Assembly: GCA_963737155.1 (NCBI GenBank)
Contig: CAVTRN010000001.1
Location: 288,001 to 352,000, forward strand
Direction of reading: 5' to 3'
Length of the DNA: 64,000 nt
Source of the DNA: Nitrospirota bacterium
GTDB taxonomy: Bacteria > Nitrospirota > UBA9217
Program-made: the position numbers and the translations under genes
Notes under the pieces: model-generated
Database searches by the model: none
The model's input: only the letters and a program-made list of their open reading frames with translations
Told to the model about the DNA's origin: nothing
Shown here: one piece after another, positions 31,134 to 42,041 of the stretch
Layout: each line of letters opens with the position of its first letter
Position numbering within the stretch: the stretch's first letter is position 1

Positions 31134-31430
31134 TATTAAAATATATCTAGGATTTTCTTTCGCAAAAATGAGAAAAGAATGCGTTTAATTATATGATTGC
31201 GAAACGATACAGCTGAAATTAAAAGCAGTCACTGGTCCTCGGATAACTAAAGAAAGCTCCTCCGGGCTACGACACGAAAGTTAAAACACTTGTGCTATAT
31301 CTGCATTACATTCATGGTATGATCTCCTGCTATGTCTTACTATTTTTGAATTAATCATTTTCATCGATGGTTGACTATTTTCTCTAACTGAACTATCGTG
31401 AGAAAAAATGTCGGTAACTGAACATTTTCC

Positions 31431-31592
31431 TTGAAACCTTCCGCTATAAGTGGTATTTTATTGATCGCCTTTTTAAAAGGCTATCCCACATTCCACACGC
31501 GTCATGACTCCCGGCAGGGTGCCCCGATAGTAATCAGAAGGTCTGCAGGGGGGATGAACGGCGCGGCGGTAAAAACCCGAAGGAGAAACGTT
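31431..31592 (+). promoter_or_regulatory. rpsB promoter and S2 autoregulatory leader (t44-like)
   Basis: TTGAAA-17-TATTTT, then CACACGC..GGGTGC structured leader before the AAGGAG RBS. Confidence 0.6.
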
Positions 31593-32393
31593 ATGTCCAC
31601 GATCACGATGAAGGAGTTGCTGGAAGCGGGGGTGCACTTCGGCCACCAAGCGAAGAGATGGAACCCCAAGATGAAGAAGTACATATTCGGAGAGCGCAAC
31701 GGGATCTATATTATTGATCTACAAAAAACGCTCAAGCTGTTCAAGGAATCCTACGATTTTGTGCGCACCTCCGCTGCCGAAGGAAAGGACATTCTTTTCG
31801 TCGGTACGAAGAAACAGGCCCAGGACGCCATCACCGAGGAAGCCAAGCGATGCGGCATGTATTACGTTTCCAGCCGCTGGCTCGGCGGGATGCTCACGAA
31901 TTTCACTACTATCCGCAAGAGCATCGACCGACTCAAAAAAATCGAAAAAATGAAAGAGGATGGCACCTACGACAAGCTGACGAAAAAGGAGGTCGCCGGA
32001 CTCGAAAAAGAGCGCACTAAGCTGGAAAGAATCCTTTCTGGCATCAAGTCCATGACCCAGCCGCCGTCACTTCTCTTCGTCATTGATCCCCGCAAGGAGG
32101 CAATCGCGGTCCAGGAAGCGAACAAGCTGCATATCCCGGTAGTCGCCGTCGTCGACACGAACTGCGATCCCGACAACATCGATTATGTCATCCCGGGTAA
32201 CGATGATGCGATCCGTGCCATCAGGCTCATGGCCTCCAAGGTGGCCGATGCCATAATCGAGGGAAGACAGTCCATCGTGAAGGAACAGGGTGCGGCAATG
32301 GAAGCCGCAAAGGCCTCGGGAGAAATACAGCCCGCCGCCGTTGAACCCACGGTTGATGAAGCGGAAGCTGACACCGATGAGGATGTGGCCTAA
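31593..32393 (+). CDS. rpsB: 30S ribosomal protein S2
   Basis: [20 protein letters not shown] and IPGNDDAIR motifs. Confidence 0.98.
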   Translation: MSTITMKELLEAGVHFGHQAKRWNPKMKKYIFGERNGIYIIDLQKTLKLFKESYDFVRTSAAEGKDILFVGTKKQAQDAITEEAKRCGMYYVSSRWLGGMLTNFTTIRKSIDRLKKIEKMKEDGTYDKLTKKEVAGLEKERTKLERILSGIKSMTQPPSLLFVIDPRKEAIAVQEANKLHIPVVAVVDTNCDPDNIDYVIPGNDDAIRAIRLMASKVADAIIEGRQSIVKEQGAAMEAAKASGEIQPAAVEPTVDEAEADTDEDVA

Positions 32394-32437
32394 ACCGCAC
32401 CGGGTGTGCCGATAACAGAGAAAGGGGCTTTAAAGAA

Positions 32438-33322
32438 ATGGCAACAATATCTGCAAGCGCAGTGAAGGATTTGAGAGAAAAGACCAGCGTCGGCATGATG
32501 GAGGCCAAGAGGGCCTTGGAAGAAGCCGGCGGCGATTTTGAAAAGGCAGTTGATATTCTGAGAAAAAAGGGGCTGTCCGCCGCGGCGAAAAAAGCTGCAC
32601 GGGTTGCTTCAGAGGGCGTAATCACTTCCTCGATCTCGAACGGCGGGAAGAGAGGCGTTCTCATCGAGGTTAACAGCGAGACGGATTTTGTCGCGAAGAA
32701 TGAAGAATTCCAGAAGTTTGCAAAGGGTCTGGCCGAACTCGTAGCCGCTCAGAAGCCGTCGGATATAGCAGCGCTTTCGCAGCTGTCGCTGGACAGCGAG
32801 AACGTCGAAGCAAAGCGCAATTCGCTTGTGCAGAAGATCGGCGAAAATATATCAATCCGCCGCTTCGTATGCTTTGAGACCGAGGGGCGGATCGCCATAT
32901 ATCTTCATAGCAACCGTATAGGCGTCATGGTAGATTATACGGGCGGGGATGAGCAGCTCGGCAAAGACGTTGCAATGCATGTTGCCGCGGCAAACCCTCT
33001 TTTCCTGAGTCGCGATGCCGTGCCCTCGGACGTGCTTGACCGGGAACGCGCCGTATACGAGGCCCAGGCCAAGGAATCGGGAAAGCCCGCGGCAGTCATC
33101 GGCAAGATCATTGAAGGCAAACTCGAAAAATTCTATACCGATTCCTGCCTTATGGAGCAAATTTACATCAAGGATGCAGACGGAAAACTCAAGATAAAAG
33201 ACCTATTAAAGAAAGCCGGTGCGAATATCACGCTCAACCGGTTTATCCGTTATCAACTCGGCGAGGGCATCGAGAAGAAAAAAGAAAACTTCGCAGAGGA
33301 AGTAGCCGCGCAGCTGAAGTAA
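32438..33322 (+). CDS. tsf: Elongation factor Ts
   Basis: VKDLREKT, EVNSETDFVAKN and AMHVAA motifs. Confidence 0.97.
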   Translation: MATISASAVKDLREKTSVGMMEAKRALEEAGGDFEKAVDILRKKGLSAAAKKAARVASEGVITSSISNGGKRGVLIEVNSETDFVAKNEEFQKFAKGLAELVAAQKPSDIAALSQLSLDSENVEAKRNSLVQKIGENISIRRFVCFETEGRIAIYLHSNRIGVMVDYTGGDEQLGKDVAMHVAAANPLFLSRDAVPSDVLDRERAVYEAQAKESGKPAAVIGKIIEGKLEKFYTDSCLMEQIYIKDADGKLKIKDLLKKAGANITLNRFIRYQLGEGIEKKKENFAEEVAAQLK

Positions 33323-33388
33323 TCGGCGGTAATGGGGAAGTGTGATCACCGCTGAAATTTTTCGCTGAATCGACAGCAGCGTTCCTGA

Positions 33389-34688
<1,300 letters not shown>

Positions 34689-34958
34689 CCGACCCCCCTT
34701 TTTTTACTTCCTTCGGTATCCCTTCCCGCTCCGACAGTCAGCATCTGTTACGTCTTGGTCCGTCCAGTTATGCATTTCCGTAATGGTGTTCAGACCGTTT
34801 CCTATACCGTCCCGCGAGGAGACCCCTTTCCGGGAGACGGAAATGGTCATATAATGCTGGTGGGGCCGTTGCGCACGCATCTTCCTGCCATTCTCCATCC
34901 CTTTGCCGGAGTGGTTGCTGACAGGAAGTTCCGCTGGCGAGCAGCATCAACCCCAATT

Positions 34959-36092
34959 TTACTCAATTTCGCTGCATTCTCCCGACAACTGGTACGTTCT
35001 CATGAACTTCCTGTCGATATATTTCTTGAGCCGCAGAGCCATCTTGCCACGCCAGATCACGTTTCCGCGCAGAAATAGCCCCGTGTCATCCCCAAGGTTG
35101 AAGATGAGAAGAAAGCGTTTTTGAGGCCGGAAAATCTTCAGGGGCCTGTTCCCCAGAACCGCAAGAATGTTATGAAAAAGAATCTGACTCTCGCGCACGG
35201 CATAGACCCCGATCTTGGCCAATGGTCGGCCAATGAGATCAGCACAGTCGCCTCCGCAAAATAGCTCTGGATGCGCGATGCTTTGGAGGTTCTCATTGAT
35301 GAGGAGGCCGCCGGTTTCCCCCGAAGGAAGACCCGATTCCTTGAAGAGCGGCGGAGGCTCGACTCCTGTGGCGACGAAGCAGACGTCGAAATCCAAGCTC
35401 TTGCCTGTGGACAGCCTGACAGATGCGTCTTCGATTGCAGATGCGCTTACCCCGTTCAGAACTGCAATGCCACGTTCTTCAAGAGATGCCCTAGCAAGCC
35501 GGTATGCCTTATCCGGTAACCCGTTGAGCAATCGCCGTCCCGAGACAATGGTGATACGTCCCGTTCTGCCGAGGCTGTTTACGAGTTTCCAGGCATTGCC
35601 CGCGATCTCAAGGCCTGACGAGCCGCCGCCAATGACCAGAATATCCGGTGTCTTGTCAGAAGGAAGCCCGATGATGTAATGTCGGGCCTTCATGAGATTG
35701 GTGATCGGCTTGACGGGAAAAACGTTCTGACGTGCAACGGACAGCCTTTCCAGTGCTACGGTGCTGCCGATGTTGAACGATGCGACGTCATAAACGATTT
35801 CTCCGCCCCTGCTGAGCCTCAGCGTTCGTTTGTTAAAGTCGACGGCAACGACAGCGTCATCGATAAACGTTGCGCCCCGTGATTCGACAAGTTTCCTGAT
35901 GTTAAAGCGGATATCCTGCGGCCGATAGAAACCCGCAAGCATACCGGACCCCATACCAGAATAGTAATGGTAAGGTGAAGGGCTGACGACCATTACCTGG
36001 TGCCCGCGTTTTACGTATTCATCGCAGCGCGCCAGCACCATAAGATGAGCATGGCCTGCTCCGACAATAACAAGATGTTTGTTCAAATTCAT
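34959..36092 (-). CDS. FAD-dependent pyridine nucleotide-disulfide oxidoreductase (NDH-2-like, similar to the SelD N-terminal domain)
   Basis: HLVIVGAGHAH, YSGM, IGGGSSGLE, GGDCA and KIGVYAVR; C-terminal LKKYIDRKFM. Confidence 0.85.
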   Translation of the reverse strand: MNLNKHLVIVGAGHAHLMVLARCDEYVKRGHQVMVVSPSPYHYYSGMGSGMLAGFYRPQDIRFNIRKLVESRGATFIDDAVVAVDFNKRTLRLSRGGEIVYDVASFNIGSTVALERLSVARQNVFPVKPITNLMKARHYIIGLPSDKTPDILVIGGGSSGLEIAGNAWKLVNSLGRTGRITIVSGRRLLNGLPDKAYRLARASLEERGIAVLNGVSASAIEDASVRLSTGKSLDFDVCFVATGVEPPPLFKESGLPSGETGGLLINENLQSIAHPELFCGGDCADLIGRPLAKIGVYAVRESQILFHNILAVLGNRPLKIFRPQKRFLLIFNLGDDTGLFLRGNVIWRGKMALRLKKYIDRKFMRTYQLSGECSEIE

Positions 36093-36390
36093 TTTTTCAT
36101 TATACCACGGGCTTTTCATTCGGCGACGGGAGAATACTGCGTTTACGTCAGAAAATCAAACGGTTAAACCCGATAAAAATTCAAAGCAGATATAATCACA
36201 ATAGTTCTATTTGACGCTGTCAAAAATTAACGGAAACCCGCCGATAAGGGGGAACATTGATCGGGCAAGAGCTGTTTTTCCTCCGATCAGGAGGAAGCGC
36301 TAGCAACGAGCAGCCTTCGGCAAATTCATTTTATTAGCAAACATATATATGATTATTAAGAAATTTTATGAGACTGTTCCGGGTTTTTTC

Positions 36391-36419
36391 TTGACAAAGA
36401 ATAGGGGTTCCTGTAAATT
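36391..36419 (+). promoter_or_regulatory. sigma70 promoter of atpB-atpE
   Basis: TTGACA-17-TAAATT. Confidence 0.65.
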
Positions 36420-36456
36420 TTTCCGAGTATAATACTCGCCTCAAGGAGCGTAGATT

Positions 36457-37155
36457 ATGAAGGAAGGTCCGCTGCTTTTACCTATCGTCAATATCCCCCA
36501 TTTAAACGAAATCACCCTGGTCAATATCACCTATACGTGGTTTGCCATGGTTGTGCTCATAGGACTGGCCCTTGCCGCCCGTTTTTCGCTCAAGAAAACG
36601 GCCCCCACCGGTTTTCAGAATTTCTTCGAGGTCATCATCGGCGGTTTGGAGAACTTTATTGAAGAAATAATGGGGCCGGAGGGATTGCATTATTTCACTC
36701 TTATTGCTGGTCTCTTCCTTTTTATCCTGGTCTGCAATCTAATGGGCTTGATCCCAGGGTTTGAATCGCCCACGGCCAATCTGAACACCACACTGGCCTT
36801 GGCTCTCTGCGCATTCGCCGCAACGCATTACATCGGCATAAAACGCCACGGCATCGGGTACATCAAGCATTTCCTCGGTCCCATGTGGGCTCTTGCGCCG
36901 ATCATGTTAATCATCGAACTCATCAGCCATCTGGCCCGCGTGATGTCCTTGTCCTTTCGTCTCTTCGGAAACATGGTGGCGAAACACAAGCTCCTTCTCG
37001 TGCTTGCCCTGCTTGCGCCATATATTGCACCCGTCCCGATCCTCGGGCTTGGTCTGCTGGTCTCTTTTGTGCAGGCCGGCGTTTTCACGCTTCTGACCAT
37101 GCTGTATCTTTCAGGATCCATCGAACCAGCTCACATCGGCGGTGAGCACCATTAA
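36457..37155 (+). CDS. atpB: F0 ATP synthase subunit a
   Basis: FQNFFE, SPTANLNTT, LSFRLFGN (essential Arg) and VQAGVF..L..Y. Confidence 0.96.
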   Translation: MKEGPLLLPIVNIPHLNEITLVNITYTWFAMVVLIGLALAARFSLKKTAPTGFQNFFEVIIGGLENFIEEIMGPEGLHYFTLIAGLFLFILVCNLMGLIPGFESPTANLNTTLALALCAFAATHYIGIKRHGIGYIKHFLGPMWALAPIMLIIELISHLARVMSLSFRLFGNMVAKHKLLLVLALLAPYIAPVPILGLGLLVSFVQAGVFTLLTMLYLSGSIEPAHIGGEHH

Positions 37156-37237
37156 ATATCATTGACCCTTGGGACCGATATTCCTTCCAGCGGAGGGAGT
37201 CCCCGGGAGGTAGCACCCCGGCACGATTCCGGACTGA

Positions 37238-37609
<372 letters not shown>

Positions 37610-37634
37610 CACTCGAAGCGCTCTTTTCGCACAG

Positions 37635-37674
37635 AAGAAAAGGGACGGTTCACTGAACCGTCCCTTTTCTTTTA
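37635..37674. terminator. Bidirectional terminator after atpE
   Basis: AAGAAAAGGGACGGTTCA-C-TGAACCGTCCCTTTTCTT perfect palindrome. Confidence 0.85.
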
Positions 37675-37791
37675 TCGGTATTGCAAAACCAAGATCATAT
37701 GCAGAAGACAACGCGTTTATGATGTTGTGCGCCTCGATCACTCGCAATCGGGAACACAGACCGTGGATCTTACTTCAGGAAAGCCTCCTCC

Positions 37792-38238
37792 TTACGCAAC
37801 TTTTTTATAAACTTTGCTCTCACCAAGGAATTGCATTTCCCCGCCGACCCTAGCATTGCCCAATATCCTTGCATTCCCGCCAACCTCCGCCCGATCAAAC
37901 ACTTCGGAAAAACCAGTTATCATGGCGTCTCCATAGACACTTGAAAATCCATAAACCTTGGCGTCTCCCGAAACCTTTGCATTGCCGAAAACCCTTGCAT
38001 TGCCGAATACCTCCGCATTGCCGGAAACCTCGGCCTTGTCAAAAATCCAAGCATTCCCAAAAATGAATGCTTCACCGCTCAGCTTGCAATGGCCGCAGAT
38101 TTTCGCGAAAGGTCCGACATAAACAGTGTCCGCGACCCGTGCGTACTCGGCAACCATTCCACCCCCGTTTGGATGATGATGATATTTTATGCCATCAATC
38201 TCCACAACAGGCGCCGTAGAAAGTACCTTAATATCCAT
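37792..38238 (-). CDS. Hexapeptide-repeat (left-handed beta-helix) protein
   Basis: Tandem A.V.GN hexapeptides (AEVSGN AEVFGN ARVFGN AKVSGD); GGAGG RBS; own TTGACA-17-TATCAT promoter at 38331-38359. Confidence 0.85.
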   Translation of the reverse strand: MDIKVLSTAPVVEIDGIKYHHHPNGGGMVAEYARVADTVYVGPFAKICGHCKLSGEAFIFGNAWIFDKAEVSGNAEVFGNARVFGNAKVSGDAKVYGFSSVYGDAMITGFSEVFDRAEVGGNARILGNARVGGEMQFLGESKVYKKVA

Positions 38239-38388
38239 ATAACACCTCCAATTTAATGCAAATTCCCCTTCTTCCGAACACATAGAGAATTAGACCATGG
38301 AACCTAAAATTACAATTATATATCAACTAAATGATAGCTGACGGACAGGATTTTGTCAAATAAGCCGAATCTATATCAAACAAATGGA

Positions 38389-38521
38389 ATGAACCTCTCC
38401 GTAGCAAGCTGCGGGGTATGTATAAAAAGGAAGACGATTATCTATTGAGAAACCTACGGATTCTCAAACTCTTCCCTCTAAGCGGTGACCCTGTCGCTTG
38501 CTACAGGGAATTGCAAGTTAA
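38389..38521. mobile_element. Non-coding palindrome-associated mini-element (PATE/REP-like, HUH-type ends)
   Basis: Two inverted copies of one hairpin, CTCCGTAGC-AA-GCTGCGGGG and CCCTGTCGC-TT-GCTACAGGG, flanking ~70 bp. Confidence 0.6.
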
Positions 38522-38612
38522 ATGTTGATTAAATCCGTTTCCTTTTTTTTCGAGACAGCCAAGCTCCCGTATTTTTTGCAATTTTTAGCATTTTAAAAAG
38601 AGCTGCAGATCA

Positions 38613-39040
38613 CTGACATTCTCCCGGCCCCCGGGCCGGGGATTCCCGAATCAGGTTATGGTGCTGCTGAGAGTCGCTGCTGCTTCTGTTCGCAGATGCG
38701 GCAGAGTACATGACGGAGATGCCCTTGAGTCATGCCTCGTACATGAGCGTCTTGAAAATCCGTTTGGATGGCTGATTGTGAATCTGTTGGTTCACGCTGT
38801 CTCCCGGTCTGCCCTCTCTGATGTCTTTGAGGTTCCCCTCAACGATCGTGGCTTCCTAGTGCCTGCCCATGGCATTCATCGTTTGCAAATCAGACTCTCG
38901 ATCAGCTTCAATCATAATTAGTTAATTGCGTCCTAGATATGATTATTTGGCCATCTATTTCTAAAATAATATCTCTCTGGTTGCTTCGCGACCGGCGCTC
39001 TATTCCCGCTCTGAAGAGACGGGGTTTTACTGCGCGGATG
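38613..39040 (-). mobile_element. Internally deleted IS605-type element with both ends and a tnpB remnant
   Basis: Left end TTAT|CATCCGCGCAGTAAAACCCCGTCTCTTCAGAGCGGG; right end GGGAATCCCCGGCCCGGGGGCCGGGAGAATGTCAG; TnpB fragment between them. Confidence 0.75.
38700..38853 (-). pseudogene. tnpB: tnpB fragment (RuvC-II region) with internal stop
   Basis: Manual translation ATIVEGNLKDIRE..NQQIHNQPSKRIFKTLMYEA*LKGISV matches the TnpB IV.(G/E)DL..I..NQ.(L/I)H....L.YKA..GI.V pattern. Confidence 0.7.
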
Positions 39041-39132
39041 ATAAATTTGCTTTTGATTAAAGAAATTATTTGATATAATGCTACCCTATTAAGATTCATG
39101 GTTTAGCAGTAATAAAAGGAGTTTATTGACTT

Positions 39133-40548
39133 ATGAGCTCTACTAACAATGTCAGAGTCCGTTTTGCCCCCAGCCCCACCGGCGCACTGCATATAGGCGG
39201 AGTCCGCACCGCACTGTTCAACTGGCTCTTCGCACGTCATTTCGGTGGAAAATTCATATTAAGAATCGAGGATACAGACCAGACGCGGTCTACAGATGAA
39301 TCGATCAAGATCATCATCGATGGGATGAAGTGGCTTGGCCTCGATTGGGATGAAGGGCCCTTCCGCCAGACCGACCGCATGATCATTTATCGCAGCCATG
39401 TTGACAGGCTCCTCAAGGAAGGCAAGGCATACTTTTGCTATTGCACACCCGAAGAGCTTGAGGCCAGGAGAAAACTTGCCATTGCCGCGGGCAAAGCGCC
39501 CAAGTATGACCGAAAGTGCCGGTCTCTAACGGCTCCAGTCCCGGGCAGAACGCCGGCGGTGCGATTCCTGTCTTCAGATGAAGGACAGACCGTTGTGCGG
39601 GACCTCATCCGCGGCGCCGTGACGTTCGAGAACCAACAGCTCGATGACTTGATCATTCTGCGTTCCGACGGACTTCCCACATACAACTTTGCCGTGGTCG
39701 TGGACGATGTGACGATGAACATTTCTCACGTGATCCGCGGCGATGACCACTTGAACAATACACCCCGCCAGATTCAACTTTATCGCGCTTTCGGATACGA
39801 GTCCCCTCAGTTTGCGCATTTGCCCATGATTCTCGGCTCGGACAAAACCAAACTTTCAAAACGCCACGGTGCCACGGCGGTCACGGAATACATTGACCTA
39901 GGCTATCTTCCTGAGGCGCTCGTGAATTACCTTGCCCGTCTCGGCTGGTCGCATGGAGACCAGGAAATATTCCCGCTCGGGGAGCTGATAGAAAAATTTT
40001 CGCTCGAGAATGTCGGCAAGGCGCCCTCGGTATTCAATCCGGAAAAGCTACTCTGGCTGAATCATCACTACATCCAGCAGGCGGACCCGAAACGTCTTGC
40101 CGGCCTGTTAATCAACCTCCTGATTAAGGACGGCATCATTACCGCGGGCAGGGAACCTGACGAGGAGTGGCTTAAGAAACTCGTCGAGATCCTGATTGAG
40201 CGAAGCCACACGCTTGTAGAGATGAAAACTGGCTCAATCCCCTTTCTCGTCGAGGAACTCACGATGAACGAGAAAGCCAAAGCGAAACATTTGACGCCCG
40301 ATGTCTTGCCGCTTCTCTCTGAACTTGCAGCGCGGTTGAATGCCGTCGATCCTTTTACGCATTCGGAAATAGAGAAAGTGTTTAACTCCATGGTGGTGGA
40401 AAAAGGGATCAAACTCGGCATGATCGCGCAACCAGCGCGCGTGGCCCTGACAGGCGGCACCGTGAGCCCAGGCATCTACGATGTCGTAGAAGCGATGGGA
40501 AAACAGAAAACGATCAGGAGGTTGAATGCAGCTGTAAAGACAATGTGA
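39133..40548 (+). CDS. gltX: Glutamate--tRNA ligase
   Basis: RFAPSPTG.LHIGG, IRGDDH and KLSKRHG motifs. Confidence 0.97.
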   Translation: MSSTNNVRVRFAPSPTGALHIGGVRTALFNWLFARHFGGKFILRIEDTDQTRSTDESIKIIIDGMKWLGLDWDEGPFRQTDRMIIYRSHVDRLLKEGKAYFCYCTPEELEARRKLAIAAGKAPKYDRKCRSLTAPVPGRTPAVRFLSSDEGQTVVRDLIRGAVTFENQQLDDLIILRSDGLPTYNFAVVVDDVTMNISHVIRGDDHLNNTPRQIQLYRAFGYESPQFAHLPMILGSDKTKLSKRHGATAVTEYIDLGYLPEALVNYLARLGWSHGDQEIFPLGELIEKFSLENVGKAPSVFNPEKLLWLNHHYIQQADPKRLAGLLINLLIKDGIITAGREPDEEWLKKLVEILIERSHTLVEMKTGSIPFLVEELTMNEKAKAKHLTPDVLPLLSELAARLNAVDPFTHSEIEKVFNSMVVEKGIKLGMIAQPARVALTGGTVSPGIYDVVEAMGKQKTIRRLNAAVKTM

Positions 40549-40678
40549 CGGCGATCTGGGGTGGTGATGCTTTCAGACCGGCCTGATAAGCAGCTTTTAT
40601 GCGCCTGGGCAATTGCCGCTCATTCGTTTTCTCTTGAAATCCCTCCTTGCGCAACGGGCTGGAGAAGTGGAGGTGCTT

Positions 40679-41086
40679 ATGGGATTCATAAAGTGGACTA
40701 GTAATTATTCCGTCAACATAGCCGAAGTCGACGAGCAGCATAAGAAGCTCATCAGCCTCGTCAATGAAATGAATGATGCTATGAGCGTGGGTAAAGGTCG
40801 CGATGTCTTAGGACCGGTTCTTACGGAGCTAGTCAATTACACTGTTTACCATTTCACCACCGAAGAACGTCTGTTTCAGCTATACAATTATCCCGATTAT
40901 GAAAAACACAAGAAAACCCATGAGGACCTGACGGCGAAAGCCAATAAGCTGCAAGAGACATTCAACGCGGGGAACAAGACGATCACCATCGACGTTATGC
41001 TCTTTCTTAGCGACTGGCTGAATGTCCACATCCTCGTTGAAGACATGAAATACGGCACCTTCTTGAACAGCAAGGGAGTTTATTAG
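40679..41086 (+). CDS. Bacteriohemerythrin
   Basis: DEQH, HFTTEE, HKKTH and WLNVHILVED di-iron ligands; GGAGG RBS. Confidence 0.93.
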   Translation: MGFIKWTSNYSVNIAEVDEQHKKLISLVNEMNDAMSVGKGRDVLGPVLTELVNYTVYHFTTEERLFQLYNYPDYEKHKKTHEDLTAKANKLQETFNAGNKTITIDVMLFLSDWLNVHILVEDMKYGTFLNSKGVY

Positions 41087-41168
41087 CGGCGTCCTTTTGG
41101 TGCCACGCACACTCCAAACGCCGGCGTGCCCACACTGCCCGCAGGGACGGATCATAATTTTCAAAGAA

Positions 41169-41648
41169 ATGTCCACATGTGTAGAACAAAAAGTCCTGCT
41201 CTCCGGAGAACTTCACGAATACCAATGCAAGCTGGTTCTTCTCACGGACAGTTTCGGCATCCTTCGATACATCCTCGATAGAGAATACCATGTCGACGGG
41301 ATCACGCTGCGTCCCGGCGAAGTCACATCGGCATTTTACTGGACCAACAGGCCTTACACCCTGTACACATGGCGCCATGATAGACCAGGACAAGAACTCT
41401 ACTACTTCAATATCGCCGACAGGGTGTCGCTTTCGCAACCCAGGTTTGTCTGGCGCGATCTTATCGTCGACGTTCTTATCGATGAACACAAAACCGCGCA
41501 CATCCTCGACGAAGAAGATTTGCCGTCGGATCTCAACCCAGAGCTCCGTGACTACATTGAACGCGCGCAGCATCATGTTCTTACGCATTACCGCCAAATT
41601 ATCGAGGAAGTGAAACACAGCATCATTGATGACATAGTATGCCCTTAG
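41169..41648 (+). CDS. DUF402 (FomD/Ntdp-like) protein
   Basis: YYFNIA, WRDLIVDVLI and ILDEEDL motifs. Confidence 0.8.
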   Translation: MSTCVEQKVLLSGELHEYQCKLVLLTDSFGILRYILDREYHVDGITLRPGEVTSAFYWTNRPYTLYTWRHDRPGQELYYFNIADRVSLSQPRFVWRDLIVDVLIDEHKTAHILDEEDLPSDLNPELRDYIERAQHHVLTHYRQIIEEVKHSIIDDIVCP

Positions 41649-41744
41649 CGTTAGCTATACCGTTTTGTCTGCCGCTTGCATCCCCGGCTTCATGGGCATA
41701 TTTATTCCTGTTGTCAATTCATTCTAGTTCCGTTACAATTAATT

Positions 41745-42041
41745 GTGCGTCTCGACCTGTTCTTGAAGACCGGCAAGCTTATAAAACGAAGGGCCATCGC
41801 CAGAGAAATGTGCGAAAATGGCAGGGTATTAGTCAACGGGATTGGGGCAAAACCCGCCAAAGAGGTGAAACAGGGCGACCGTATCACCCTGAAGTTCTCA
41901 TCGCACACTACTATTGAGCTCGAAGTCCTCGGCGGGCTTTCTGCGATATCGCGGAAGAATCTGCCTGAAGAACTGTATCAGGTCATATCGGAGACGCGTT
42001 TGCCAAAAGACGAAGACCTATGGAGCAAAAACCTCTCATAG
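41745..42041 (+). CDS. S4-domain RNA-binding protein (Hsp15/RqcP-like)
   Basis: RLDLFLK..LIKRR.IA..C.NGRV.VNG..KPAKEVK.GD. Confidence 0.88.
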   Translation: MRLDLFLKTGKLIKRRAIAREMCENGRVLVNGIGAKPAKEVKQGDRITLKFSSHTTIELEVLGGLSAISRKNLPEELYQVISETRLPKDEDLWSKNLS

